A stretch of 57,599 bases of DNA, taken from the sequence record NC_073038.1; one strand, 5' to 3'. The position numbers were made by a program, and so were the translations under genes. How positions within the stretch are numbered: the first letter of the stretch is position 1; each line of letters begins with the position of its first letter. Below, one piece after another: positions 45,429 through 54,041 of the stretch. This stretch comes from Pseudomonas phage AAT-1. A model generated the notes under the pieces. It saw only the letters and a list, made by a program, of their open reading frames with translations, was not told the DNA's origin and did not search any database.

Positions 45429-45617
45429 TTAGTCCTCCTCGTTGTCTAGGCCAAGCACGCCCGCCGCGGCCCAGATGGCCTCGCCGTAGGTGCGCGAGCG
45501 CGTGCCCGGCGTCTCCGACCGGTCGTCGAGGTCGTACAGCGCCCAGCCAGAGTCGTCCCTCATGAACTGGAAGCCTGCGTCCTCGACGCGATCCCTCATC
45601 CGGACGGTCGGGGTCAT
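45429..45617 (-). CDS. Hypothetical small acidic protein
   Basis: 62 aa ORF. Confidence 0.3.
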   Translation of the reverse strand: MTPTVRMRDRVEDAGFQFMRDDSGWALYDLDDRSETPGTRSRTYGEAIWAAAGVLGLDNEED

Positions 45618-45841
45618 CCCGCCGTCTTCTCGTACTTACCGTCGGCACGGCGAGTGTACTCCTGCCCCTTGCCTGGGCCCAGCAGACCGCGGCCGGGGCC
45701 TAGTGCGTGGCACGAGGGGCACATGCAGGCCCATGCACCCATCTTGGTCGCGGCGTCATAGAACTTGCCGTCGATCGGCGTGTCGCAGGTGTCGCACTTC
45801 TTGGGCACGGGGCCCATCCAAACTGTCGCCATGGTTGTCAT
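45614..45841 (-). CDS. Small zinc-ribbon protein
   Basis: CDTCDT...CMCPSCH, i.e. CxxC...CxxC. Confidence 0.4.
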   Translation of the reverse strand: MTTMATVWMGPVPKKCDTCDTPIDGKFYDAATKMGAWACMCPSCHALGPGRGLLGPGKGQEYTRRADGKYEKTAG

Positions 45842-45876
45842 CCTATAAAGGGAGGGCCCGAAGGCCCTCCGCGTTG

Positions 45877-46185
45877 TTAGCCCTCGAAGCCCGGGACGTA
45901 GAAGCTCGGGAAGTAGAGGATGGTGCCGAGGCCCATCGCGTCCGTCCGTGCGTCCTGCATCATCTCAGGCAGCACCGACAGGATCGCCTCTCGGTCCTCG
46001 GCGTCCATGTCGTTGGCAGCCTCGAGCAGCTGGCCGAAGAAGGCCAGCGGGGTCACGTCTCTGTCCAGTGTGAAGCCGGCGCAGGTGCGGCCGAACATCA
46101 CACGACCGGAATAGTTGGGGTAGAGCTCGACGCCGTCCATCTCCTCGGCGACTTCCGCCACCATGGCGAGTAGTTCTTGTGCCAT
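45877..46185 (-). CDS. Hypothetical protein
   Basis: 102 aa, the first gene downstream of promoter element P4. Confidence 0.4.
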   Translation of the reverse strand: MAQELLAMVAEVAEEMDGVELYPNYSGRVMFGRTCAGFTLDRDVTPLAFFGQLLEAANDMDAEDREAILSVLPEMMQDARTDAMGLGTILYFPSFYVPGFEG

Positions 46186-46229
46186 CTCAGTTCTCCATCG
46201 ATCCGCCAGCGCGGCGCGCTGTTCAACGG

Positions 46230-46273
46230 TCGATGGGTTTATTATAGTGGGAGAACCTTGGCATGGGAGCCCT
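46230..46273 (-). promoter_or_regulatory. Conserved leftward promoter-like element P4
   Basis: Minus strand reads GAGGGCTCCCatgccaaggttctcccaCTATAATAAaCCCATCGA. Confidence 0.5.
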
Positions 46274-46276
46274 CTG

Positions 46277-46310
46277 AATAAAAAAAAGAGGGGACCCGAA
46301 GGCCCCCTCT
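46277..46310 (-). terminator. Rho-independent terminator (minus strand) after SSB-like gene
   Basis: On the minus strand, gagggggcc-ttcg-ggtcccctc is followed by ttttttttatt. Confidence 0.7.
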
Positions 46311-46346
46311 ACCCGACCGCCGACAGGCAGTCCCCACACCCGGACG

Positions 46347-46943
46347 TCAGTCCAGGAAGCTGGCGTCGCCCTCGGCACCCTCGCCCACGAAGTCGTCGAC
46401 AGAGTCGAAGTCGTCCTCGGCCGCGGTGCGACCGGAGAAGCGCTCGCCGTCGCCGAGCTTCTGCAGGTTCTGGAGGCCGAAGGCCACGCCCTTGTTGCCC
46501 GCCTTGTCGTAGCCGTAGGCCGTGATGGTGGCGCGGGCGTAGCAGCCGCTGTAGAAGTCGTCCTCGGAGATGATCCGATTCAGGCCCTGGTCCACGATGC
46601 CCGGCTGCATCTTGCTGGTGGCTGCGGCGAAGAAGCAGCCCTCGTAGCCGTCCAGCTCCGACTTCTCGGCGCCGTCACGGAGCGGGTTGCGCAGGCCGAT
46701 GAACCAGCCCTTGCCGTCCGGCTTCAGCTTGTCGCCGAACTTCTCCTTGGCGGCGTGGATCGCCAGCTTCTTCATCGCCTCGTACTGCGGGCTCTTCTGA
46801 GCGGCGCCGTCGAACAGCATGGTGACGCCGTACTTGGGATCGCCGGTGCTGCCCTCCATCGGGGGCTGCGGCTTGAACGCCCAGACGAAGCTGGCGCGGA
46901 ACTTGGGGGTCGTGACCTTGCGGACTTCTTTCTTCTCAGCCAT
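46347..46943 (-). CDS. ssDNA-binding protein, DUF2815 / T7 gp2.5-like with acidic C-terminal tail
   Basis: Start MAEKKEV after an AAGGAG SD. ..KFGDKLKPDG..LRNPLRDGAEK..DGYEGCFF.AATSKMQPGIVDQ follows the DUF2815 pattern. C-terminus DDFDSVDDFVGEGAEGDASFLD is acidic. Confidence 0.65.
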   Translation of the reverse strand: MAEKKEVRKVTTPKFRASFVWAFKPQPPMEGSTGDPKYGVTMLFDGAAQKSPQYEAMKKLAIHAAKEKFGDKLKPDGKGWFIGLRNPLRDGAEKSELDGYEGCFFAAATSKMQPGIVDQGLNRIISEDDFYSGCYARATITAYGYDKAGNKGVAFGLQNLQKLGDGERFSGRTAAEDDFDSVDDFVGEGAEGDASFLD

Positions 46944-47071
46944 GGTGTGCTCCTTATAGCAATTAGACTGGTTTGACGATGTAGACATGGAGCCTGCCCG
47001 ACACCTGGGGCTAGCTGCGTCCGGCACGGGGTCCGGGGCACGCGTCCTGCCAGGTGTTGAGCAGGATCGTA

Positions 47072-47368
47072 TTATCCCGAGGCGGGCCTGGGTCGCGGAC
47101 CGTCGATCGACCCCGAGTCCGCCAGCTCTGCCAGGACGTCGGCGTGGCACGGCCTCGGCTTGCACCAGCAGGCCAGCACCCTGCCGCGCAGCTCCGGCAG
47201 CCTGGCAAGCATGTCGGGGCGCGACAGCACCATCGCCCTATACTTGGCGATGACCTCGCGGCGCGTGCCGTCGACGCCCACGTGGAACGGGTTGCCCCAG
47301 AACGACGTCCGATCGACCATCAGGTCGTAAGGCTCGCCGCTCCGACGGTTGATGACGCGGGTCACCAT
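47072..47368 (-). CDS. DUF4326 family protein
   Basis: 98 aa from MVTRVIN. FWGNPFHVG...CWCKPRPCHADVL matches DUF4326. Confidence 0.55.
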   Translation of the reverse strand: MVTRVINRRSGEPYDLMVDRTSFWGNPFHVGVDGTRREVIAKYRAMVLSRPDMLARLPELRGRVLACWCKPRPCHADVLAELADSGSIDGPRPRPASG

Positions 47369-47898
47369 CCGCCAGCGATCCGCTCGAGCTCGGCCATCAG
47401 CTTGCGAGTGACCGTGGGGTCGATCGTCAGCCCGCTGAACTTGGGCTGCATCTCGATTGCCACAAGCTCGCGGTGCCGCTCCTCGTTGAAGGGCACGGAC
47501 GGCACGAGGTACTCCCAGGCCGCCCGCGCGCCTATCGGGTCGAACAGATCCTCGAATGGCAGATGCAGCCCCACGATCGAGTCGAGTAGCATGGCGTCGG
47601 CCGGGGACACAGGAGGCATACCGACGGCCCTCATGGACTCGATGACCTCGGCAGGCTCGCGGTGCAGTACCAGCTTGCGGGCGGGGTGATCGTTGAGCCA
47701 GTCGGTCCAGCGCCACACGCCGGTGCAGGACACGCCCACGACGCGACCGGGGGCGCGTGCGGGCAGCTCGCGATCCCAGTCCTCGTAGTGGCTCGTGTAC
47801 AGCGGGTCGTGCACGCAGTGGACCGAGTCGGTGGTGAGCCAGTTCGACGCCCAGGTCGTCGCGGACCTGGGCAGGGCTATGACCATGAAGTCCAGCAC
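47362..47898 (-). CDS. Stf0-like sulfotransferase-fold / P-loop protein (putative)
   Basis: N-terminal MVIALPRSATTWASNWL resembles the 5'-PSB (PKSGTTW / PRSGST) motif of sulfotransferases. Weak call. Confidence 0.35.
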   Translation of the reverse strand: MLDFMVIALPRSATTWASNWLTTDSVHCVHDPLYTSHYEDWDRELPARAPGRVVGVSCTGVWRWTDWLNDHPARKLVLHREPAEVIESMRAVGMPPVSPADAMLLDSIVGLHLPFEDLFDPIGARAAWEYLVPSVPFNEERHRELVAIEMQPKFSGLTIDPTVTRKLMAELERIAGGW

Positions 47899-47900
47899 GG

Positions 47901-48524
47901 TCAGGCCTCCGTGGTGGCGGAGGCTGCTGCAAGCACCTCCTCGTCGGTAAAGCGGCCGGTCGCCAGGTTGACCAGGCCGATGCGGTAGTGCCAGCTCTCG
48001 GCGACCTCCAGGTTGTCGCGCATGGCCTCGGCCTTGTCACGCTCGATCTTGCCGAGCTCGACTGCCTTGTCCATCGTGCGGTGCCAGGCCTCCAGGACCT
48101 CGCGGTCGGTGCGGGTCACCCACTTGTGGGTCGGCTCCAGGTCGCGAGGCAGGTCGAAGTGTGGGCCCTGCATCGACGAGACGGCGTGCTGGTACTTGGT
48201 CGCGCCGATGTTGATGACGAACGGCGTGACGCCGTCGCGGGAGTTCCAGACCAGCAGCCGCTCCGGACCCTCACCCTCAACGCGGACGTAGGTCATCAGC
48301 ATGAAGGCCTCCGCGTGGCCGAACTCGGGGCCGGAGGTCCGCACGCGGGACGTGGCCTCCTTGATGGTCTTGACCAGGCCGCGCAGGTGCATGACCTCGC
48401 GGGCTAGGTCCTTCTTGGACTGGGCCGCCAGGCCCTTCACCATGCCGGCCTCCTTGTCGATGAATGCCAGCAGGGTCTGCTTGAGCTGCTCGGCCTCAGT
48501 GGGCACGCGATCTTGTTGGTTCAT
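47901..48524 (-). CDS. Hypothetical protein
   Basis: 207 aa, protein-like composition. Confidence 0.4.
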   Translation of the reverse strand: MNQQDRVPTEAEQLKQTLLAFIDKEAGMVKGLAAQSKKDLAREVMHLRGLVKTIKEATSRVRTSGPEFGHAEAFMLMTYVRVEGEGPERLLVWNSRDGVTPFVINIGATKYQHAVSSMQGPHFDLPRDLEPTHKWVTRTDREVLEAWHRTMDKAVELGKIERDKAEAMRDNLEVAESWHYRIGLVNLATGRFTDEEVLAAASATTEA

Positions 48525-48542
48525 AGTTCTCTCCTTCAGATA

Positions 48543-48575
48543 TGAAAAAGCCCGCCAGCTTTCGCGGGCGGGCTT
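48543..48575 (-). terminator. Rho-independent terminator (minus strand)
   Basis: On the minus strand, aagcccgcc-loop-ggcgggctt is followed by tttt. Confidence 0.55.
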
Positions 48576-48587
48576 ACTAGCCGGGTC

Positions 48588-48851
48588 TTACTCGTCAAGC
48601 TTCATGCGGGCCGTCTGCACGAAACTCAAGCACTCGCGCAGGGTAATTTCCAGCTCGCGGAGCCCACGTCCGTTGTAGGACTTGGCCTCCCCGTCTTCGC
48701 CCTTGATATGGGCCGCGACGGCCTGGACAATCTTGTAGTGAGGCCCGCTGATATTGACCCGCTTGTCCTTGAGGACTTCGAGGTGGTTCTCGATGGCAAC
48801 GCGAATCTGACCGGCGGCAGACAGGGACTTCTTGGCGACTTCAGTCATGGT
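48588..48851 (-). CDS. Hypothetical small protein
   Basis: 87 aa from MTEVAKKS. Confidence 0.35.
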   Translation of the reverse strand, partial: TMTEVAKKSLSAAGQIRVAIENHLEVLKDKRVNISGPHYKIVQAVAAHIKGEDGEAKSYNGRGLRELEITLRECLSFVQTARMKLDE

Positions 48852-49001
48852 ACTTCTCCTGTATAGCAACAGCAGAGCTCGCGAGATTGCGAGCTTCTCA
48901 GCTGGTGACGAATAATGTGCCGGGCGGAATTGCTCGACACGGGGTAATGATGCCGGAGAAGACGAGGCTCGCACCCCGTCGTTCTCCGTATGATGGCTTG
49001 G

Positions 49002-50531
49002 TCAGTAGGACTGCTCGCCGTCGTCCACCGCGTCGAAGTCGGACTCGGCTGCCGCCGACGGATCGACAGGCTCGCGCGGGTCCGACAGCGGCGCGACGGT
49101 GATGCCGCCCTCCGGCTTGTAGGACACCTCGGCGACCAGCGCCTTGATGAACGCCGCCGGAGCCTTGACCTTCTCGGCCTTGAGCCTCGCCATCAGCTCG
49201 GGCGGGCGCACCGCCTCCACCTTGGACGGGCTCTTCGGCTTCGGCTCCTCGAACAGCAGCTCGCGCGGGATGCCCGCCTCGACCAGCTTGTCGAACGCAG
49301 TCACGGGCTCGCCCGTCACCTCGTCCGTCAGGTCCTGGCGGAAGGCGCGGTTGGCTTTCTTGCGGACCAGCTTGCCGTAGCAGGCCTGGCCGCCCGGCGT
49401 CTCGCGCAGGCGACGGAGCGCCTCCGTCTCGACCGACTTGACAAAGGCATCCAGCAGCGGGATGGCCCGCATGCGGAGCTCCAGGTCCTCGTCCGACGTC
49501 TCCGGGCCCGTGGCATGGAACGTCGGGTCGTCCCCGGGCTCCCCGAAGTCCACGCCGGCCTGGCGGAAGGACTCTTCCCGCAGCTCGGCGCAGACGGCGG
49601 CCGCCTTGCAGAACTTGCACCAGTCGCCGGCCTTGAGCGGCGCGTCCGGCTGCTCGGTCGCGAGGGCAGCCACGCGGAGCTCCTCCTCAAACTGGCGCAG
49701 GCGCTCCTTCGTCGTGGACCAGCGGCGGACCTTGCCGTCGGCATGGCGGGCGCGGGGCTGGACGATGACCAGGTCCAGGGTGTCGAAGGCCCAGTCGAGC
49801 TCCTTCGCGCACCCGAGGGCGTAGTACATCTCCTGCTCGTTGTCCTCCACCTCAACAACTACGCCCTGGCCGTGCTTATAGTCGAAGACGGAGACGTGGT
49901 CGAACAGTAGGACGACCGAGGCGTCGTTCGTGCCGAACATCGGCCCGTGGCAGACGCGGCCGTCGGCGTGGTACAGGCGGCCGTCGTCACCGCGGCGGAT
50001 GCCAGACGGCGAGACGTAGAAGTCGCCCGCCTCGAGCGCCCGGGCCTCGTCGTCCTCGTCGTAGTCGTAGCCGACCAGCCAGGACAGGTTGAACCGCTTC
50101 TCCACCTGCATCTCGGCGTGCTCGCCGAGGCGCGCCACCTCCTCGCGGACTGCGTCCAGGTAGACCTGCACGGCGTCCGTCATGTCGGCGTCGATGGGGA
50201 AGTCCTCGTGCCCCTCAGGCGGCAGGCCGTCCTCAGAGGCGTGGACTGGGACCACCATTGTCTTGTCGCCCTCATCCTCGCCCATGTAGGGCTGCTTCGG
50301 GCGATACACGGTGGCTTGCTCATTGGGGTCAAGCCGGACGAACCCGCCAAGCCACTCCCACGCCTCCGAGCCGTCCAGCAGGCAAGCCTCGCCCAGGGCA
50401 TGGGCGGCCGTGCCGAGCCGCGCGGCGTCGGAGGAGTTGTTGGGGCGGCCGTGCTCCATCTCGATGGAGCCCGGGCAGTTCATCCAGCGCTTGGCCCCCG
50501 ACGCGTTGCGTACGGCGTGGGCGCTAGGCAT
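49002..50531 (-). CDS. DUF2800-type PD-(D/E)xK (Cas4-like) exonuclease with C-terminal Cys cluster
   Basis: N-terminal HAVRNASGAKRWMNCPGS is the DUF2800 hallmark. C-terminal ..CKFCKAAAVC. Often paired with DUF2815 and PolA in phage replication modules. Confidence 0.6.
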   Translation of the reverse strand: MPSAHAVRNASGAKRWMNCPGSIEMEHGRPNNSSDAARLGTAAHALGEACLLDGSEAWEWLGGFVRLDPNEQATVYRPKQPYMGEDEGDKTMVVPVHASEDGLPPEGHEDFPIDADMTDAVQVYLDAVREEVARLGEHAEMQVEKRFNLSWLVGYDYDEDDEARALEAGDFYVSPSGIRRGDDGRLYHADGRVCHGPMFGTNDASVVLLFDHVSVFDYKHGQGVVVEVEDNEQEMYYALGCAKELDWAFDTLDLVIVQPRARHADGKVRRWSTTKERLRQFEEELRVAALATEQPDAPLKAGDWCKFCKAAAVCAELREESFRQAGVDFGEPGDDPTFHATGPETSDEDLELRMRAIPLLDAFVKSVETEALRRLRETPGGQACYGKLVRKKANRAFRQDLTDEVTGEPVTAFDKLVEAGIPRELLFEEPKPKSPSKVEAVRPPELMARLKAEKVKAPAAFIKALVAEVSYKPEGGITVAPLSDPREPVDPSAAAESDFDAVDDGEQSY

Positions 50532-50794
50532 CAGGCACCTCCTACGAGCTGGATGGTGGGATACTCGATTGTCACGCCGCGCAGGTCCTCGACTGCGAAG
50601 ACGGACTCAGAGCGCACGCCGCGCCCGTCCGGGTAGGACAGGAAGGCTACGACCTCGTCGCCGCCGCGGAAGCCAGCCAGGACCTTATCTGCCTCGTCGC
50701 GGGTGGTGAGGAAGGCGGTCGGCTGCGGCAGGCCCTTGAACCAAAACACGACCTGGGCCGCATCCTTCGGCATCTTCACGTTGGGCTGGTCCAT
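50531..50794 (-). CDS. Hypothetical protein
   Basis: 87 aa, ATGA-coupled. Confidence 0.35.
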   Translation of the reverse strand: MDQPNVKMPKDAAQVVFWFKGLPQPTAFLTTRDEADKVLAGFRGGDEVVAFLSYPDGRGVRSESVFAVEDLRGVTIEYPTIQLVGGA

Positions 50795-50795
50795 G

Positions 50796-51290
50796 TCACT
50801 TGCCCTCGCACTTGGCGATCAGCTCGCGCAGCTTGTCGTCGCCCTGCTCGGTCAGGGCCGAGACGGAGGAGGCGCCCATGGAGGTCAGCAGCTCCATGGC
50901 CGCGTCGTTGCCCTCGACGGAGGCGTAGGCTTTCAGCGCCTTGCGGGCGTCGTCGGCGGTCACCTTCTTCTCGGTGTCTGCCGGCTTGTCTTCCTTCTTC
51001 TCTGCGGCAGCATCGGCATCCGCTTTGGCCTTGACATCAGCGTCAGCCTTCTCCTTGGCAGCCTTCGCTTCGGCTTCCTTCTTCGCCTTGGCCTCAGCTT
51101 CGGCCTTGGCCTTCTTGTCAGCTTCGTCCGCCGGCTGGGCGTGGACTACGCTGCCGACAGCCTTCAGGTCCGTACCCTCGGGCAGGACGAAGTTGGTGAC
51201 GTGCACGCCATTGGCGTTGAGGGTCTCGATGCCCTCGGCGATGCGCTCCAGCAGGCTCAGGCTCTTCTTCATGTACTCGTTGACGTCCAT
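50796..51290 (-). CDS. Lys/Ala/Glu/Asp-rich protein (first gene of leftward early operon)
   Basis: Middle KKAKAEAEAKAKKEAEAKAAKEKADADVKAKADADAAAEKKEDK low-complexity region. Composition similar to 39411..39902. Confidence 0.45.
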   Translation of the reverse strand: MDVNEYMKKSLSLLERIAEGIETLNANGVHVTNFVLPEGTDLKAVGSVVHAQPADEADKKAKAEAEAKAKKEAEAKAAKEKADADVKAKADADAAAEKKEDKPADTEKKVTADDARKALKAYASVEGNDAAMELLTSMGASSVSALTEQGDDKLRELIAKCEGK

Positions 51291-51299
51291 CGTGCTCTC

Positions 51300-51503
51300 C
51301 TTCGTTGAGCGGGTTGTGGGACGCTCATGATACGGCCGGCCGGCGCATTGCGGAGCCGTCGAACGGGAGGCGCCGGCCGGGAGCCCTGCGAATCTGGGCC
51401 TCTAGGCCTTTCCAAGTACGCTGGCACGACCGACGGTCCCAGAACGCAATGCGTCGCGGCATCATGGCCTTCCCGACCGACAGAACACCCGAAAGGAGCA
51501 CCC
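51300..51503. promoter_or_regulatory. Divergent promoter/operator region between the leftward early operon and the rightward RHH-primase operon
   Basis: Inverted 9-mers GCGCATTGCG (51344) and CGCAATGCGT (51447), each adjacent to a start of divergent transcription. Confidence 0.4.
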
Positions 51504-51689
51504 ATGGCAAGCAAGCTACTGAGCCAGCAGGTCTCCCTCCGACTCTCCGAGGCACAGCGCACCGCGATCCGCGAGAAGCTGGAGGAGATGCGCAGGGACC
51601 ACCCGCGGCCGGATACAGTGACCGAGGCAGACGCCCATCGCGCCCTTCTCGACGAGGCAGCCGCCAAGAAGGCGGAGGCTAAAGAATGA
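51504..51689 (+). CDS. Ribbon-helix-helix (Arc/MetJ/CopG-like) DNA-binding protein (putative)
   Basis: 62 aa. The VSLRLSEAQRTAIREKLEEM N-terminus fits the RHH beta-strand/helix. GAAAGGAG SD. Overlaps the primase start. Confidence 0.45.
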   Translation: MASKLLSQQVSLRLSEAQRTAIREKLEEMRRDHPRPDTVTEADAHRALLDEAAAKKAEAKE

Positions 51690-54022
51690 GCGCAAACAAG
51701 AAGACCAACATGCGGCCGCGCACCGGGGACCTGCGCGCGTATATAGAAGTCGGACTGCAGCTCATCCCGCTGCACCGCTGGGACGCCAAGGACCAGCGCG
51801 GCAGGGACCGCGGCAAGACGCCCCGCGATGGCGCCTGGCAGGCACGCGAGTACGACAGCCGCGCCGTGGCCGCGCTGGCCGAGCGCGACGGCATCAACGT
51901 GGGCGTTCGCCTCCCGGATTCGATCATGGTCCTGGACGTAGACCCGCGCAACTTCCCAGATGGACGCGACTCCCTCGCAGAGCTGGTCAAGGACATGTCC
52001 CTCGACCTCTCGCAGTGCCCACACACCGTGACCGGCTCCGGCGGGCACCACTACTGGTTCCGCAAGCCCTCCGACGTGTCGCTGCTCGACTCGCTCGACG
52101 ACTACCAGGGCGTGGAGTTCAAGAGCCTCGGCCGTCAAGTCGTGGCCGCAGGCTCCGTCCACCCGTCGGGCCGCCACTACGAGTGGGACGACCTCGCCCC
52201 ACCGATCCAGGACGGCCTGCCCGAGCTGCCGGAGCGCCTGCTGCGCCTCATCCGCCGCCCCACCAGGGCGCACGGCGACGCCGCGGGCCTGGGCGAGCTC
52301 ACTCCGGAGATGCTGGCAGACACCCTCGAGCAACTGGACCCGACCGAGTTCCGCGACCACGACACGTGGCGCGACCTGATGATGGCCTGCCACCACGCCA
52401 CAAACGGGGACGGCCGTCAGGAGTTCATCGACTGGTCCACGCAGGACCCGCAGTACCAGGACGATGCCTGGATCATCGGACGCCGGTGGGACTCCCTGCA
52501 CGCGACCTCCGGTCGTGGCGGTCGCCCCGTCACCATCAAGTTCCTGCACAAAGTCGTGCAGGAGGCCGGCGGTGAGGTGGCGCGTGTCGAGCCGGAGGAC
52601 GACTTTGAGGTCTGGGAGGACCCGGACGAGGCCGGCCAGGGCGTGGACGATGCGCTGCTCCGCGAGGCGCCAAAGGCAGAGGGCATCGAAGCCGTGCTGG
52701 AGGACATGAACGACAAGCACTGCGTCGTGATGGAGGGCGGCAAGTTCCGCATCTTCACGGAGGAGATGGACCCGGTCCTCAACAGACCGTTCTTTCAGCG
52801 CTCCACCAAGGAGGACTTCGAGAACCTCTACTGCAACCAGCTGATAGAGATTCACGACAAGCTGGTGACTCGGTCCAACTACTGGATCAGGCACCCGCGT
52901 CGCCGCCAGTACAAGGGCGTGATCTTCGACCCCGAGCGGCATCACGATGGCTGGCTCAACCTCTGGCGCGGCTGGGCTGTGCAACCGAGGAAGGGCGACT
53001 GGTCCATGCTGCAGCAGCTCGTCCGCGAGGTCCTGGTGGACGGCGTCGAGGCCCACTACGAGTACGTGATGGACTGGCTGGCCTACATGGTCCAGCACCC
53101 GTCGCGCGCCGCCGAGGTGGCCATGTGCTTCAAGGGAGAAAAGGGCACCGGCAAGGGCACCCTCGGCCGCGCCGCCGCAATGCTGGCCGGCTCACACGGC
53201 CTGCACATCAGCTCGCCGGAGCACCTTGTCGGCCGGTTCAACTCGCACCTGCAGAACTGCATCTGCCTGTTCGCCGACGAGGCCTTCTGGGCTGGCGACA
53301 AGGCCGGTGAGGCGAAGCTCAAGCAGTTGGTGACCGAGCCCACAATCGCCTACGAGGGCAAGGGGCGTGACGCCGTGATGGGCAAGAACCACGTGCACAT
53401 CATCATGGCAGCGAACGGCGACTGGGTCGTCCCGGCAGGCCTGGACGGCGAGCGGCGCTTCGCGGTCTTCCAGGTCAACTCGTCCAGGCGCGGCGACAAG
53501 GCCTTCTTCAAGGCCCTGAACCGCCAGCTCTATCAGGAGGGTGGCATCGAGGCCATGCTGTTCGACCTGCTGGCCCGCGACATCGACGGGTGGGCACCGC
53601 GCGACGAGGTGCCCGCAACGGCCGCGCTCGTGGACCAGAAGGTGATGACCATGGACGACGTCGAGCGGTGGTGGTACAACAAGCTGCTCGACGGCATCCT
53701 CCCGAACGCACGCGGCGACTGGCACGAGGGCGGCGTGGTCGTCATCAAGGAGCACCTGCGCGCGGACTACGCGGACTTCGCCAAGGACCAGAGGGTGTAC
53801 CGCCCGGCCGACCCGGTGTCCTTCGGGATGCGCCTCAACAAGCTGGTCGGCGGCCGCCTCGAGAACACCCAGGTGAAGCCGGACGACACGGACTACGCGG
53901 TGAAGGTCGACAGGGCGGGGCGGGCATCCGCGACCAAGCTGCCGAGCCTCGCGGAGTGCCGCGCTACCATGGAGGACAAGCTGGGTGCGAAGGTGCCATG
54001 GCCGAAGGACGCGTTCGACTGA
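51686..54022 (+). CDS. Primase-polymerase (PrimPol) / D5-N / SF3 helicase (P4-alpha-like primase-helicase)
   Basis: N-terminal PrimPol-like block (..IMVLDVDPRN...HTVTGSGGHHYWF) and a C-terminal Walker A GEKGTGKGT with the P4-family primase C-domain. Confidence 0.75.
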   Translation: MSANKKTNMRPRTGDLRAYIEVGLQLIPLHRWDAKDQRGRDRGKTPRDGAWQAREYDSRAVAALAERDGINVGVRLPDSIMVLDVDPRNFPDGRDSLAELVKDMSLDLSQCPHTVTGSGGHHYWFRKPSDVSLLDSLDDYQGVEFKSLGRQVVAAGSVHPSGRHYEWDDLAPPIQDGLPELPERLLRLIRRPTRAHGDAAGLGELTPEMLADTLEQLDPTEFRDHDTWRDLMMACHHATNGDGRQEFIDWSTQDPQYQDDAWIIGRRWDSLHATSGRGGRPVTIKFLHKVVQEAGGEVARVEPEDDFEVWEDPDEAGQGVDDALLREAPKAEGIEAVLEDMNDKHCVVMEGGKFRIFTEEMDPVLNRPFFQRSTKEDFENLYCNQLIEIHDKLVTRSNYWIRHPRRRQYKGVIFDPERHHDGWLNLWRGWAVQPRKGDWSMLQQLVREVLVDGVEAHYEYVMDWLAYMVQHPSRAAEVAMCFKGEKGTGKGTLGRAAAMLAGSHGLHISSPEHLVGRFNSHLQNCICLFADEAFWAGDKAGEAKLKQLVTEPTIAYEGKGRDAVMGKNHVHIIMAANGDWVVPAGLDGERRFAVFQVNSSRRGDKAFFKALNRQLYQEGGIEAMLFDLLARDIDGWAPRDEVPATAALVDQKVMTMDDVERWWYNKLLDGILPNARGDWHEGGVVVIKEHLRADYADFAKDQRVYRPADPVSFGMRLNKLVGGRLENTQVKPDDTDYAVKVDRAGRASATKLPSLAECRATMEDKLGAKVPWPKDAFD

Positions 54023-54041
54023 CGCGAGCAGGTGGTGGGAT

